From Candidatus Nealsonbacteria bacterium (GTDB lineage: Bacteria; Patescibacteriota; Minisyncoccia; Minisyncoccales; UBA6532), in assembly GCA_016186485.1 (NCBI GenBank), contig JACPLN010000008.1, positions 8,673 to 72,672 of the forward strand: a DNA stretch of 64,000 nucleotides, written 5' to 3'. Within the stretch, counting starts at the first letter, position 1. The number at the start of each line of letters is the position of its first letter. Both the position numbers and the translations under genes were made by a program. The notes under the pieces were generated by a model that saw only the letters and a list, made by a program, of their open reading frames with translations, did no database searches and was not told the DNA's origin. Below, piece by piece: positions 28,045-37,020 of the stretch.

Positions 28045-28509
28045 ATGATTAAAACCTTAAAAGCTAAAGCCCATTGCGATATTCCCTGCTCAATTTATGA
28101 GCCGACTCCGGCTAAAATCGCCGCCAAAACCGTTCAAAGAATGGTAGAGCAATTAGAAGAGTTCTCGGCTCCAAAAGACATGTCTGACAAAAAGGCTGTT
28201 CTTCACTACTTCAACTATGTTTCAAGAAGAGTAGCAGCAAAAGAAGAACACTCCCAGATATGCAAAAAAGAGCTTTCAATTCTCTGGACCGATTTCTTCA
28301 AGCAAGAACACCTTGATAAGTTTCCGAATTTGCACGACGTTTTTTGGAAAGCCTTAAAGCTTTGCTCAAAGAACAAGCAAGAGGTTAGTCTGGAATCAGC
28401 CAAAGAACTGGTTAGGGCCGTTGACGAAATAGCTAAAATTTTCTACGAAACAAAGGGCGACAAAGACCGCTATGGAGCTTATCAAGAAATCACCGATAAA
28501 CTATATTAA
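28045..28509 (+). CDS. sodN: Nickel superoxide dismutase precursor
   Basis: Short leader MIKTLKAKA, then Ni-hook HCDIPCSIYEP; KEEH...KKEL.ILWTDFFK...FPNLH..FW. Confidence 0.92.
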   Translation: MIKTLKAKAHCDIPCSIYEPTPAKIAAKTVQRMVEQLEEFSAPKDMSDKKAVLHYFNYVSRRVAAKEEHSQICKKELSILWTDFFKQEHLDKFPNLHDVFWKALKLCSKNKQEVSLESAKELVRAVDEIAKIFYETKGDKDRYGAYQEITDKLY

Positions 28510-28774
28510 GCACTCCCTTTTCAGGGTAAAGATTGAGGGGGAAAGCTGCTGGCCAAAACTTATTCCCGGCAAAACTTACCTTGGAACTTGTATTTTTAAA
28601 CCTAGGGTTGGCGATTTTGTGGTTTTTAAAAACGCGGGGCAGGGGCTTTTGGTAAAAGAGGTTAAAGCTATAAATTACCAAGGTTATATTGTCGGAGGAA
28701 CGCTGTCTTTTGCAAAAAATATGAGAATCAATAAAAACTCTATTCTTGGCAAAATATGCCTGTGTCTGAATTGA
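28472..28774 (+). CDS. sodX: NiSOD maturation protease (S26-like)
   Basis: KIEGESCWPKL (catalytic Ser), GDFVVF, LLVKEV (Lys); directly after sodN. Confidence 0.7.
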   Translation: MELIKKSPINYIKHSLFRVKIEGESCWPKLIPGKTYLGTCIFKPRVGDFVVFKNAGQGLLVKEVKAINYQGYIVGGTLSFAKNMRINKNSILGKICLCLN

Positions 28775-29061
28775 CGAATAAAATAATGGAGGGGCTTGAA
28801 AAAGTAATGGACCCGGAGCTTAATATCTCAATAGTGGATTTGGGACTGATTTTAGCGGTGCATGAAAACAAAGGGAACGTTCATATAAAAATGACCCTCA
28901 CAACAATGGGTTGTCCCTTATTTTCTACAATTGAAGAAGAAATCAAAAAGAAGCTGTCTCAAATCCCCGGCATAAAAAATATCATTGTAGAATTAACTTT
29001 TGACCCGCCTTGGACGAAAGACCGCCTCTCTTCCAACGCTAAGGCCCTACTCGGACTTTAA
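28756..29061 (+). CDS. SufT/DUF59 metal-sulfur cluster protein
   Basis: VMDPELNISIVDLGLI, MTLTTMGCP, LTFDPPW. Confidence 0.92.
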   Translation: MPVSELTNKIMEGLEKVMDPELNISIVDLGLILAVHENKGNVHIKMTLTTMGCPLFSTIEEEIKKKLSQIPGIKNIIVELTFDPPWTKDRLSSNAKALLGL

Positions 29062-29087
29062 TAAAAATCCGCCTTAAAAGGCGGTCC

Positions 29088-30248
29088 TTAATCGTACCCG
29101 GGGCATTGATCCGAAGCAATACTAATATTGCTGTATCTTTTATCGTCGGTAACCTCTTTTACAACTTGTAAAAACGGCGGCAGTCTAAGTTCTTGCTGTT
29201 CTTTAGTAAGCTCGACTTCAAGCCTTACCAGATTCATCGGGGAAGAAATTACGTCTAGCTGGAAATACTGATCTTCCCATGAAAAATTATATCGTTTTTT
29301 AACAATCGGCTGTTTTTCGGGATCCTTTTCCGAAAGCAGTATCAAGAACTCTCTAGCGCTGATTATTCTTTCAACTTCCTGCCTGACCCCCGGTTTAATA
29401 TCCTGCTTTTCTGTATAGGTATAGACCGTTCCCCCGCCGTCAATTTGCTGGCGTTTCCTTATTCTTCTTATGATATTGCTCTCTTTTGGCAAAAGATAGA
29501 CCTGGTTGATATCTGAGGCAACAAAAGGAACCGTTATGTCTTTAACGAGGGTTGCTTTTGATAAAAGGAAGCTTCTTTCAATTTCCAATGGAACCGGAAT
29601 TCCCAGGGTCTTGCAAACTGCCTGCAAAAGCAGATCCATTTTTTCCTTAAAGGTTATTCTCCTTTTTCTTTTTCCCGCCAGCTTGGTATTGCTAATAATG
29701 GTGAGATGTTCGTGCCCAAGCCAGGCATTTAATGTTCTTGCGTCAGTTAAACGAGCTTCTGCCGGCGTTTCATAACGAACCGGGTTATTGTAACCATAAG
29801 AACTCTCTGCTCCTTCTGCAGCAGTCACCAGATGAAACACTGCGTCGTTGCGCTTATCCCTCAGGCTTGTTTCGTCAAAACCCATATCTTCTATCATTGC
29901 GTCAAAAACAAACGGATCCATAAAAGACTTAATGTCCATTGCTCCTCTGTCCGCAATCAATACCTTGTTTTGCCCCGGCTGAATTCTGGCAAATTTCTTC
30001 ATTTGGTCTTCAAGCATTAACTGGGTTAAAAGCATTTGTCTTTGGAACTCAAAATATAGCTTTGGATCTCCGGCGATTTTCTTTATGTTAATCCCGCATG
30101 AAAAAACCATTGTTGCGACTTCCGGGACCAAAAACGGAGTAATTCCGTAATCCTGGAGCTTTTGCATCAGCATTGACAATCCGGTGGTTTTACCAGAGCA
30201 AGGCCCGCCGGTTAAAACTATCTTCCTAATTCTCTTTTTTTCTTTCAA
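29088..30248 (-). CDS. P-loop NTPase (AAA_28/NadR-like) fused to CYTH domain
   Basis: VLTGGPCSGKTT, DRGAMD, HLVTAA; EIERSFL...LEVEL...EVT.D..Y.N. Confidence 0.85.
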   Translation of the reverse strand: MKEKKRIRKIVLTGGPCSGKTTGLSMLMQKLQDYGITPFLVPEVATMVFSCGINIKKIAGDPKLYFEFQRQMLLTQLMLEDQMKKFARIQPGQNKVLIADRGAMDIKSFMDPFVFDAMIEDMGFDETSLRDKRNDAVFHLVTAAEGAESSYGYNNPVRYETPAEARLTDARTLNAWLGHEHLTIISNTKLAGKRKRRITFKEKMDLLLQAVCKTLGIPVPLEIERSFLLSKATLVKDITVPFVASDINQVYLLPKESNIIRRIRKRQQIDGGGTVYTYTEKQDIKPGVRQEVERIISAREFLILLSEKDPEKQPIVKKRYNFSWEDQYFQLDVISSPMNLVRLEVELTKEQQELRLPPFLQVVKEVTDDKRYSNISIASDQCPGYD

Positions 30249-30331
30249 AGTGCTTGACCTAGATTAGGTATAGTGAAAAATTTACTTTCAGTCAAATAAA
30301 AAAACCGCCCGGCTGGCGGCTGACTTTAACC

Positions 30332-30829
30332 TTATTCTAAAAACCGAAGTTTCCCGACCAGTTTTGTATTAGACCACCGTTGGCCAAAACCTAACCAGCG
30401 CCCGGAGCCAACGAGAATCAAAGCCAAGATAACAAAAATATAGATTATGTGTTCGTCCAAAAACGGGTTGTGTTCCGGTGGCATGAATCCTGCGGTATAA
30501 AAGAAAGTCAGCATTAAAATAGCCACCGACCCTCCTAGCCTCAACAAGACGCCAAAAATAAGAGTAATTCCGGCAAATAAAAGGCCTAACATAAAAAGCC
30601 AATCAACCAGAGGGTTCCCGGCTAAGCTTTGATAAAATGGGGCGAAAATACCTTTAGTTGCAAACTTCAAAAAACCAAAGGTTGGAGAACTTCCCGCAAT
30701 CCAGGATTTTTCCGGAAGAGTGCTGAATCCCAGCCCGAACAGTTTGTCAATAAAAGCCCAGAAAAAAATCCAGCCCATAGCCAATCTTAAAAGCCCGAAA
30801 GCGTATTTTGCCTTGTTTTCTCTTTCCAT
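30332..30829 (-). CDS. DoxX/TQO-type membrane protein
   Basis: LRLAMGWIFFWAFIDKLFG, SPTFGFL, NPFLDEHIIY; start taken as MEREN. Confidence 0.85.
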   Translation of the reverse strand: MERENKAKYAFGLLRLAMGWIFFWAFIDKLFGLGFSTLPEKSWIAGSSPTFGFLKFATKGIFAPFYQSLAGNPLVDWLFMLGLLFAGITLIFGVLLRLGGSVAILMLTFFYTAGFMPPEHNPFLDEHIIYIFVILALILVGSGRWLGFGQRWSNTKLVGKLRFLE

Positions 30830-30833
30830 TTTT

Positions 30834-31589
30834 TTATTTAGCCAGCCACCCTCCGTCAATGTAGAAAGTGGCGCCGGTAATATAGCTGGCTTCTTTTGAA
30901 GCCAAAAAAACGACCAGGGCCGAAACCTCTTCTGGTTTTCCAATACGCTGCAATGGAACCCTCAAACGAATCTCTTCTTTCAACTCTTCGCTGACCGGCC
31001 CTATCATCGGCGTTTCAATCGCGCCAGGAGATACTGCGTTAACCGTAATCCCCAAAGGCGCTAATTCTACGGCAAGAGTTTCTGTCATGCCGATAATTCC
31101 TCCTTTTGAGGCAGAATAATGGGCCGCTCCCTCAAAACCGATGCCTGTTCCCCCCGAAGCGATTGAAGAAATATTTATAATCCTTCCCCATTTGTTTTTT
31201 GCCATTTCTTTGGCTGCAATTTGGGCGCAAAGAAACTCTCCCCTTAGATTGATATTGATCGTTCTGTCCCATTCTTCCTCAGTTATGTCTAAAGCAGATT
31301 TTGGAGAAAAAATACCGGCGTTATTTACCAAAATATCAAGGCTGCTAAAGCGCTTTATTGTCTCTTTAATTACATTTTCTATTTCGGATTTTTGGGAAAC
31401 ATCCATTTTAAAAGAAACCGCTTCACCCCCTTTCTTTTTAATCTCGTCTGCAACTTGCCGGCACTCTTTTTCGTTAATATCGGTTACGGCTACTTTTGCG
31501 CCGCTTTGGGCAAGCAAAATAGAATGGGATTTTCCCATACCCCGTCCTGCCCCGGTTACTAAAGCAACCTTGCCCTTAAGGTCAAACAT
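30834..31589 (-). CDS. SDR oxidoreductase (FabG-like)
   Basis: TGAGRGMG, NNAG, YSASK, PGAIET. Confidence 0.93.
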   Translation of the reverse strand: MFDLKGKVALVTGAGRGMGKSHSILLAQSGAKVAVTDINEKECRQVADEIKKKGGEAVSFKMDVSQKSEIENVIKETIKRFSSLDILVNNAGIFSPKSALDITEEEWDRTININLRGEFLCAQIAAKEMAKNKWGRIINISSIASGGTGIGFEGAAHYSASKGGIIGMTETLAVELAPLGITVNAVSPGAIETPMIGPVSEELKEEIRLRVPLQRIGKPEEVSALVVFLASKEASYITGATFYIDGGWLAK

Positions 31590-31595
31590 AATTTA

Positions 31596-33704
31596 TTATA
31601 ACTTATTTTTCCGCAAAATCATTGCGTTTATTGCCACAATTACCGTTGAGGCAGACATAAAGATTGCTGCTACCGCCGGCTCCAAAAGTATTCCTTTTGA
31701 AGCTAAAATTCCTGCCGCCAAAGGCAAAGCAATAACATTGTAACCGGTAGCCCAAAAAATATTCTGCATCATTTTACCGTAGGTAAGCCTTGAAAGACGA
31801 ATTATTTTTGGAATGTCTCTGGGGTCGTTCCTAACCAAGATGATTCCGGCTGATTCAATGGCAACATTGGTCCCGGCTCCAATGGCAATGCCAAGATCGG
31901 CCTGGGTTAAAGCCGGAGCATCGTTGACTCCATCTCCCACCATAGCTACCCTCACCCCTCTGCGCTGCAGAAATTTTACTTTGCCTGCTTTTTCTGCCGG
32001 CTCAACCCTTGCAAAGTACTCGTCAATGCCAAGTTCCTGGGCCGCAAAAGCGGCAACATCTTCCGAGTCTCCGGTTACCATGGCAACCTTTACTCCCTGT
32101 TTTTTCAGCGCTTTCACCGCTTCCTTTGATTCCTCCCTGATAAGGTCGGCTAAAGCAATGGCTCCGGCAAGTTTTCCTTCAGAAATTACATATATAACCG
32201 TCTTTCCCTGCAAGGAAAGAGAATTTACTTCATCAACAAATTCCTTTTCTGGTTTAATGTCCATTTCTTTCAAAATAGCTTCGCTTCCTACTATAACCTC
32301 CTTTCCTTCTATTTTCCCCCTCGCCCCTTTTCCCGGGATTCTCTGAAAATCCATCACCTCAGAAAGCGTAATGCCTTTTTTACCAGCCTCTTTTACCATT
32401 GCTTTGGCAATGGCATGTTCTGAATTGCGATTCACGGACGAGCCGAGAAAAATGACCTCTTTGTCTTCAAGACCAAAAGCGGGAATAACTTTATCAATGC
32501 CGAATTCACCCTTTGTAAGAGTGCCTGTTTTGTCAAACAAAACAATGTCAATGTTTCTTGCCGCTTCCAGGGCCAGACGCTGTTTAACAATGAAGCCGTG
32601 GCGGGCAGCCATATTCGTGGAAATGGAAGCAACAAGAGGAACAGCCAGCCCCAAGGCATGGGGGCAGGCAATCACCAGTATTGCCACCAAACGGGCCACG
32701 GCAAAAGTTATTGCGGCCCCAACAAAAATCCAAGCGGAAAAAGTCAAAATTCCTGCACCAATAGCAACCAAAGTCAGCAAAAAGGCCGCTTTGTCAGAAA
32801 GCATCTGGAGGCGGGATTTTGAAACCTGGGCCTGGGCTACCAGCCTTGCAACCCCGGCTAAAAAAGTATCTTCGCCTATTTTCGCGACCTCAACTTTTAG
32901 GCTGCCGTCACCGTTTATTGTGCCGGCAATTACTTCCTGGCCCGGCCTTTTTAAGACAAGCCTTGATTCTCCGGTAACGATTGCTTCGTTTACTTCCGAC
33001 TGTCCGTCAACAACCTTAGCGTCGGCCGGGATTTTAGCCCCCGGTTTTACCAAAACAATATCCCCAACCGATAATTTATTAATAGGAATAACCGCGATAT
33101 CGTTTCCTCGGATTACTTCGGCGTTTTCAGGCAAAAGCTTAGCCAGCTCTTTTAATGCTCCCCTTGCTCCCTGGACCGCCTTCATTTCCAGCCAATGCCC
33201 CAAAAGCATTATTGTAATCAAGGTGGCTAATTCCCAGAAAAGAGGTTTTAGCCCTGCGAAGGCAGCATAGACGCTCCAGAAATAAGCTGCGCTGATTGCC
33301 AAGGCAATTAAAGTCATCATCCCGGGCAATTTTGCCTTTAATTCTATAAAAGCTCCTTTTATAAATTCCCATCCTCCGTAAAAGAAAACTACGGAGCCGA
33401 ATATCAACATTAAGTAATCGGAACCGGGAAATAACGGGGCTTTCCATTTTAAAATGATTTCAGGTAATTCTGAATAAAGAATAATTGGAAAAGTCAGCAA
33501 AAGACTTACCCAAAACTTTCTCAAAAACATTTCGGTGCTGTGCCCGACGTGTTTATCATTATCATGGTTTTGAAATTTGGGTTTTGAGATTTGAGATTTT
33601 ATGAGGTTCATTCCGCACTCAGGACAAATTCCCGGCTCGTCTTGCCGTACTTCAGGATGCATTGGGCAGGTATAAAATGTTTGGTTGACGCGATTATGAT
33701 CCAT
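31596..33704 (-). CDS. Copper-translocating P1B-ATPase (CopB-type)
   Basis: YTCPMHP N-terminal domain, TGES, CPH, DKTGTLT, GDGVNDAPAL, YN...MSAST. Confidence 0.95.
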   Translation of the reverse strand: MDHNRVNQTFYTCPMHPEVRQDEPGICPECGMNLIKSQISKPKFQNHDNDKHVGHSTEMFLRKFWVSLLLTFPIILYSELPEIILKWKAPLFPGSDYLMLIFGSVVFFYGGWEFIKGAFIELKAKLPGMMTLIALAISAAYFWSVYAAFAGLKPLFWELATLITIMLLGHWLEMKAVQGARGALKELAKLLPENAEVIRGNDIAVIPINKLSVGDIVLVKPGAKIPADAKVVDGQSEVNEAIVTGESRLVLKRPGQEVIAGTINGDGSLKVEVAKIGEDTFLAGVARLVAQAQVSKSRLQMLSDKAAFLLTLVAIGAGILTFSAWIFVGAAITFAVARLVAILVIACPHALGLAVPLVASISTNMAARHGFIVKQRLALEAARNIDIVLFDKTGTLTKGEFGIDKVIPAFGLEDKEVIFLGSSVNRNSEHAIAKAMVKEAGKKGITLSEVMDFQRIPGKGARGKIEGKEVIVGSEAILKEMDIKPEKEFVDEVNSLSLQGKTVIYVISEGKLAGAIALADLIREESKEAVKALKKQGVKVAMVTGDSEDVAAFAAQELGIDEYFARVEPAEKAGKVKFLQRRGVRVAMVGDGVNDAPALTQADLGIAIGAGTNVAIESAGIILVRNDPRDIPKIIRLSRLTYGKMMQNIFWATGYNVIALPLAAGILASKGILLEPAVAAIFMSASTVIVAINAMILRKNKL

Positions 33705-33709
33705 TGGTC

Positions 33710-33983
33710 TTATGGTCGTGAAAGTAATTTATTGTACAGCCAGGCGAATAAATAAGCGGTAAGGTATGTGTATAATAATATCGGCAACAATCCCAAAATG
33801 AATGTGACAAAAGTCACTTCAACTCCGCCAGCGAACTTTTCTACATTGACGATATGAAGCATCCATCCTAAAAACTTTAGGGCTGCATCTGGTGCGATTG
33901 CAGTAAACGCTGCGCAGACCGCATAAACAATACCCATAGTTACCGTGGCCGCAAGTGAAAGTTTGTTTGCATTTAATTCCATA
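33710..33983 (-). CDS. Small membrane protein (DUF5676-like)
   Basis: YAVCA...H...AWLYN pattern; upstream of Cu-ATPase; exact start uncertain. Confidence 0.65.
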
Positions 33984-34016
33984 TTTTTATACAATTTTAT
34001 TTTTTATCGACCTTTG

Positions 34017-34883
34017 CTATGCTCCGCATCCGCTGTTTGATTTGCGCTCTAACGGAGTTATTTGGTTTAATATTTGGCGATAGCCCCAGGCGCTTGAAAA
34101 ATTATATCCCAATATCTCTTTCGGATTCGCTTTCTCAAAGGAAATACTTTTTGTTTCAAGATATTGTGCAATGGCAAGATATGTGTCCGGGAACCAATAT
34201 GAATTCACCCGGAGGGCGACGCGATACATTTCCTCCTCCGAAACACCCTGCGAGGCCATCAATTCAAGAAGACCAAGCATAGCCATACCGTGATTGCAGT
34301 CGGGAAAATAAGTCGGGTTATTGCAGCAGGGGCGATAGATATTCTTTGAAACCCGCTCAACCAGCGCCTGCTGTTCTTTAGTCAAAACGATGAAGGAATG
34401 AGAAGAATAATGGTCCATGGCATCGCCCTTTGCCAAAGTCCATCCGCCGGTTGAGGCGAAATTTCCCGGACCGCCGTACCCTGCGTCCATCATCGGCCCT
34501 TTCTCTAAAATATCATTTTTATTACCTAATCCCAAGGCCCATAATATGTTCAAAATTATCCCGGAGTTTTCAGGGGTAATTTCAAGGTTATCCTTACTGC
34601 CTTGAGAAAGCAAACCCTGGTAGGCAGGCCCGAGTTTCTCCGGGTCAATTACTCCTGCGTCAGCCATTTTCACCCCAATATCCCCCAAAGAAACCGGCAA
34701 AACCACTCCGTCCTCCGGCAAAACAAAATTTTCTAGATTTAAAGAATTGTCTTTAGCGCCAAAAATCCAGCTAAAAACAAGAAAAGTAAAAAATCCAAAT
34801 ATAGCCGCCCATTGCCAATAATTAACTTTTAATTTTTCCCGCCTGCCGGCCAGGCAAAGTTTCTTAATTTTATTCAGCAACAT
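34017..34883 (-). CDS. Conserved-looking exported protein with RPCC...PDCNHG motif
   Basis: FASTGGWTL, YRPCCNNPTYFPDCNHGMA, C-terminal GCGA; start uncertain. Confidence 0.75.
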   Translation of the reverse strand: MLLNKIKKLCLAGRREKLKVNYWQWAAIFGFFTFLVFSWIFGAKDNSLNLENFVLPEDGVVLPVSLGDIGVKMADAGVIDPEKLGPAYQGLLSQGSKDNLEITPENSGIILNILWALGLGNKNDILEKGPMMDAGYGGPGNFASTGGWTLAKGDAMDHYSSHSFIVLTKEQQALVERVSKNIYRPCCNNPTYFPDCNHGMAMLGLLELMASQGVSEEEMYRVALRVNSYWFPDTYLAIAQYLETKSISFEKANPKEILGYNFSSAWGYRQILNQITPLERKSNSGCGA

Positions 34884-35251
34884 TTTTTAAGTTTTTCTTT
34901 TAATTCTTCCACTGTTTTGAGGTTAGAACCGGATTTTTGCCGGAAAAACAAAACATATCCTAAGACCAAAAGCACTATAATTGATCCAGCAACAGTCACT
35001 AAACTAATGTTTTTAAGCCCAATGTACGCTAAAGACATGCCAAAAACAATTACTGCCGACTTCCACAACAAAGATCTGCCCGCTCTCATGGCAACGCCGG
35101 CAACCGTGCCTCCCATTAATAATGCGGCTGCCGTCTGCCAGTTTTCGTAATCCAAGAAGCCGCTGTAGATACCTGCCAGAATCAAAACCCAGGACAGAGA
35201 AACCCCGGCGCAAACCGGACAAACTTTAACGGATAAAATCTTATTAATCAT
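34874..35251 (-). CDS. Membrane protein with CPVC motif and terminal CC
   Basis: VKVCPVCAG; four hydrophobic segments; ends KKCC. Confidence 0.7.
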   Translation of the reverse strand: MINKILSVKVCPVCAGVSLSWVLILAGIYSGFLDYENWQTAAALLMGGTVAGVAMRAGRSLLWKSAVIVFGMSLAYIGLKNISLVTVAGSIIVLLVLGYVLFFRQKSGSNLKTVEELKEKLKKCC

Positions 35252-36030
35252 AAAAGGAAAATTATAACGCCAAGCATGACCATTGCTATTCCGGCACCCA
35301 GCCTCATGGTTTTTCTTTCGCTTTGCTGCCAAGAGCTAACCCTCTCCAGCAATAATTTATCGCTGGCCATAAAAAGCATAAGGACTAAGGGCAGGATAAA
35401 AATAAGGTTGTACAGCAACAGATATCCTACTCCCTTAAAATAAGTAGCCTGGTCGTGCAGAAGCCCCAAGACCATGAGATAGGGCCCTCCGGTGCAGGGG
35501 AATTCGCATAACCCAACCAGCGCTCCCAAGAAAAATGCAGTGGGCACCGATCCTTTTTCCATAAGTTCTGCGATTTTGTGGTGGACAAAACGAGGAATGC
35601 GCAATTTAACCGGAAAAGCAGGGAAAAATTCATTGATTATGTTGATAGACCCCAAAACGATAAGTAAAACTGCTCCGGCTTTCGCCATGAAATGGGGCGT
35701 ATTAAATATATGAAGCGTCTGAAGAATTCCCAGGCCAATCAGTATATAGACAAGGAAGATGCCTGCAATGTAGGAAATGCCTATTTTCAGGATGCTAGAC
35801 CTAAGCTTCCCTATGCTGAAGAGAAAAGCAATGGTAAGCAAAAGAACGGAGAAGGCGCAGGGATTAATACTGTCAATGAGGGCTGCGACGCTCACGAGCG
35901 GCAAGAGCCATTTGCCGCCGTTGCTAAGGTTCCAAATAAGTAATGTTCCGGCAGCGCTTTGCCTTAAAAATATGACCAAGGCAAAGATAAGAAGGGTAAG
36001 GGCTATAAGAATAACAATCTTTTTATTCAT
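35248..36030 (-). CDS. CcdA/DsbD-type transmembrane thiol protein
   Basis: DSINPCAF and CEFPCTGGPY in a multi-TM protein. Confidence 0.85.
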   Translation of the reverse strand: MNKKIVILIALTLLIFALVIFLRQSAAGTLLIWNLSNGGKWLLPLVSVAALIDSINPCAFSVLLLTIAFLFSIGKLRSSILKIGISYIAGIFLVYILIGLGILQTLHIFNTPHFMAKAGAVLLIVLGSINIINEFFPAFPVKLRIPRFVHHKIAELMEKGSVPTAFFLGALVGLCEFPCTGGPYLMVLGLLHDQATYFKGVGYLLLYNLIFILPLVLMLFMASDKLLLERVSSWQQSERKTMRLGAGIAMVMLGVIIFLL

Positions 36031-36035
36031 AGTCG

Positions 36036-36539
36036 TTATGGGGTAACTGTTGCAAAAAATGTCAGTTCCAGCGGACTCCCTCCGCTATTCTCAAGATAAA
36101 CCGCTCTTTCAATGCGCCCTATACCGGAAGGCCCGTGAGCCGCAGGATCAAAAACCGCCTCAACAATCGCCTCTTCATTTTGAGAAATTGTTGCACTTAT
36201 CTTGGGAATGAATCCGTGGCCCGGCATGCCGTAGGGGCCAAAGGACCTGCCGGCGCTGATTAGCTTTGCGGTGGTGCACATGCAAGAGGTATAGATTTTT
36301 TCAATTTTCAAAGGCCCCACTCCATCATTCTTTATTTTGAACTGATGGCTGACTTTGCCTTTACTCATTGATATCTCCCCGAAATTAAATACTGGCTCTT
36401 CTGCTGCGATTTCTCCTGCAGCCGCCTGGTTAATATCCGCAGTCCCCGTATTTGGGTTAGACGGTTTTGCAACCCATATAACGCCTGCGAAAAATAGAAC
36501 GATGACTATAACGCCGATGATTGTTTTTAAGTTATTCAT
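36036..36539 (-). CDS. DUF1573-like Ig-fold exported protein
   Basis: FNFGEI...F.IKN.G..PL.I..IYTSCMCT; start taken as MNNLK. Confidence 0.8.
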   Translation of the reverse strand: MNNLKTIIGVIVIVLFFAGVIWVAKPSNPNTGTADINQAAAGEIAAEEPVFNFGEISMSKGKVSHQFKIKNDGVGPLKIEKIYTSCMCTTAKLISAGRSFGPYGMPGHGFIPKISATISQNEEAIVEAVFDPAAHGPSGIGRIERAVYLENSGGSPLELTFFATVTP

Positions 36540-36603
36540 GGTTAAATTTATTTTAATAAAACAAAAATCCTCTCCTGCCCAACAACAGGAATAGGTCTGC
36601 TTC

Positions 36604-36999
36604 TTATAAAGAAGACGGGCTTTTTTCGCGAAGCGCAAGCCATCTGGAAAACCAGATTTCTTGCAGATAAGACGATTCTTTTTTTGTTTTCAGCTGGTAT
36701 TGAAAAACGGACGGGAAATATCGCAAAAATCCGCCAGTTAGCGCTAAAACCAATAAAAGAAGCGTCATCATGCCTAAAGAGCCGCCGAAAACAGCCAAAG
36801 AGAAACTTTCAAAGGCGCCGAAATGAAAACTGATAAACGAGAAAACATCGCTATTTTCCTGGCAATCTTGGCCCAAGGTCCTAGCCGCAATACAGCCGCT
36901 ATGGCTATGGCCCAATTCTTGATTCATCGCAAAAACGCCAAAAACAGCAATTGAGACAAAAGCCATAACCAACAAAATTGATAATAAGGGCGACTTCAT
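36604..36999 (-). CDS. Hypothetical membrane protein heading the metal operon (DUF2946/CruR-like architecture)
   Basis: Signal/TM, HSHSGC...C...H, second TM, C-terminal RWLALREKSP. Confidence 0.6.
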   Translation of the reverse strand: MKSPLLSILLVMAFVSIAVFGVFAMNQELGHSHSGCIAARTLGQDCQENSDVFSFISFHFGAFESFSLAVFGGSLGMMTLLLLVLALTGGFLRYFPSVFQYQLKTKKESSYLQEIWFSRWLALREKSPSSL

Positions 37000-37020
37000 G
37001 TTTTTAGTCTAGCAAAAAAC

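Noticed and set aside
31813..33270. Long plus-strand ORFs (177 and 299 aa)
   Set aside because: Antisense shadows of the P-type ATPase; likewise the antisense ORFs over tuf, fusA, ftsH, 19388-20107 and 42038-42745
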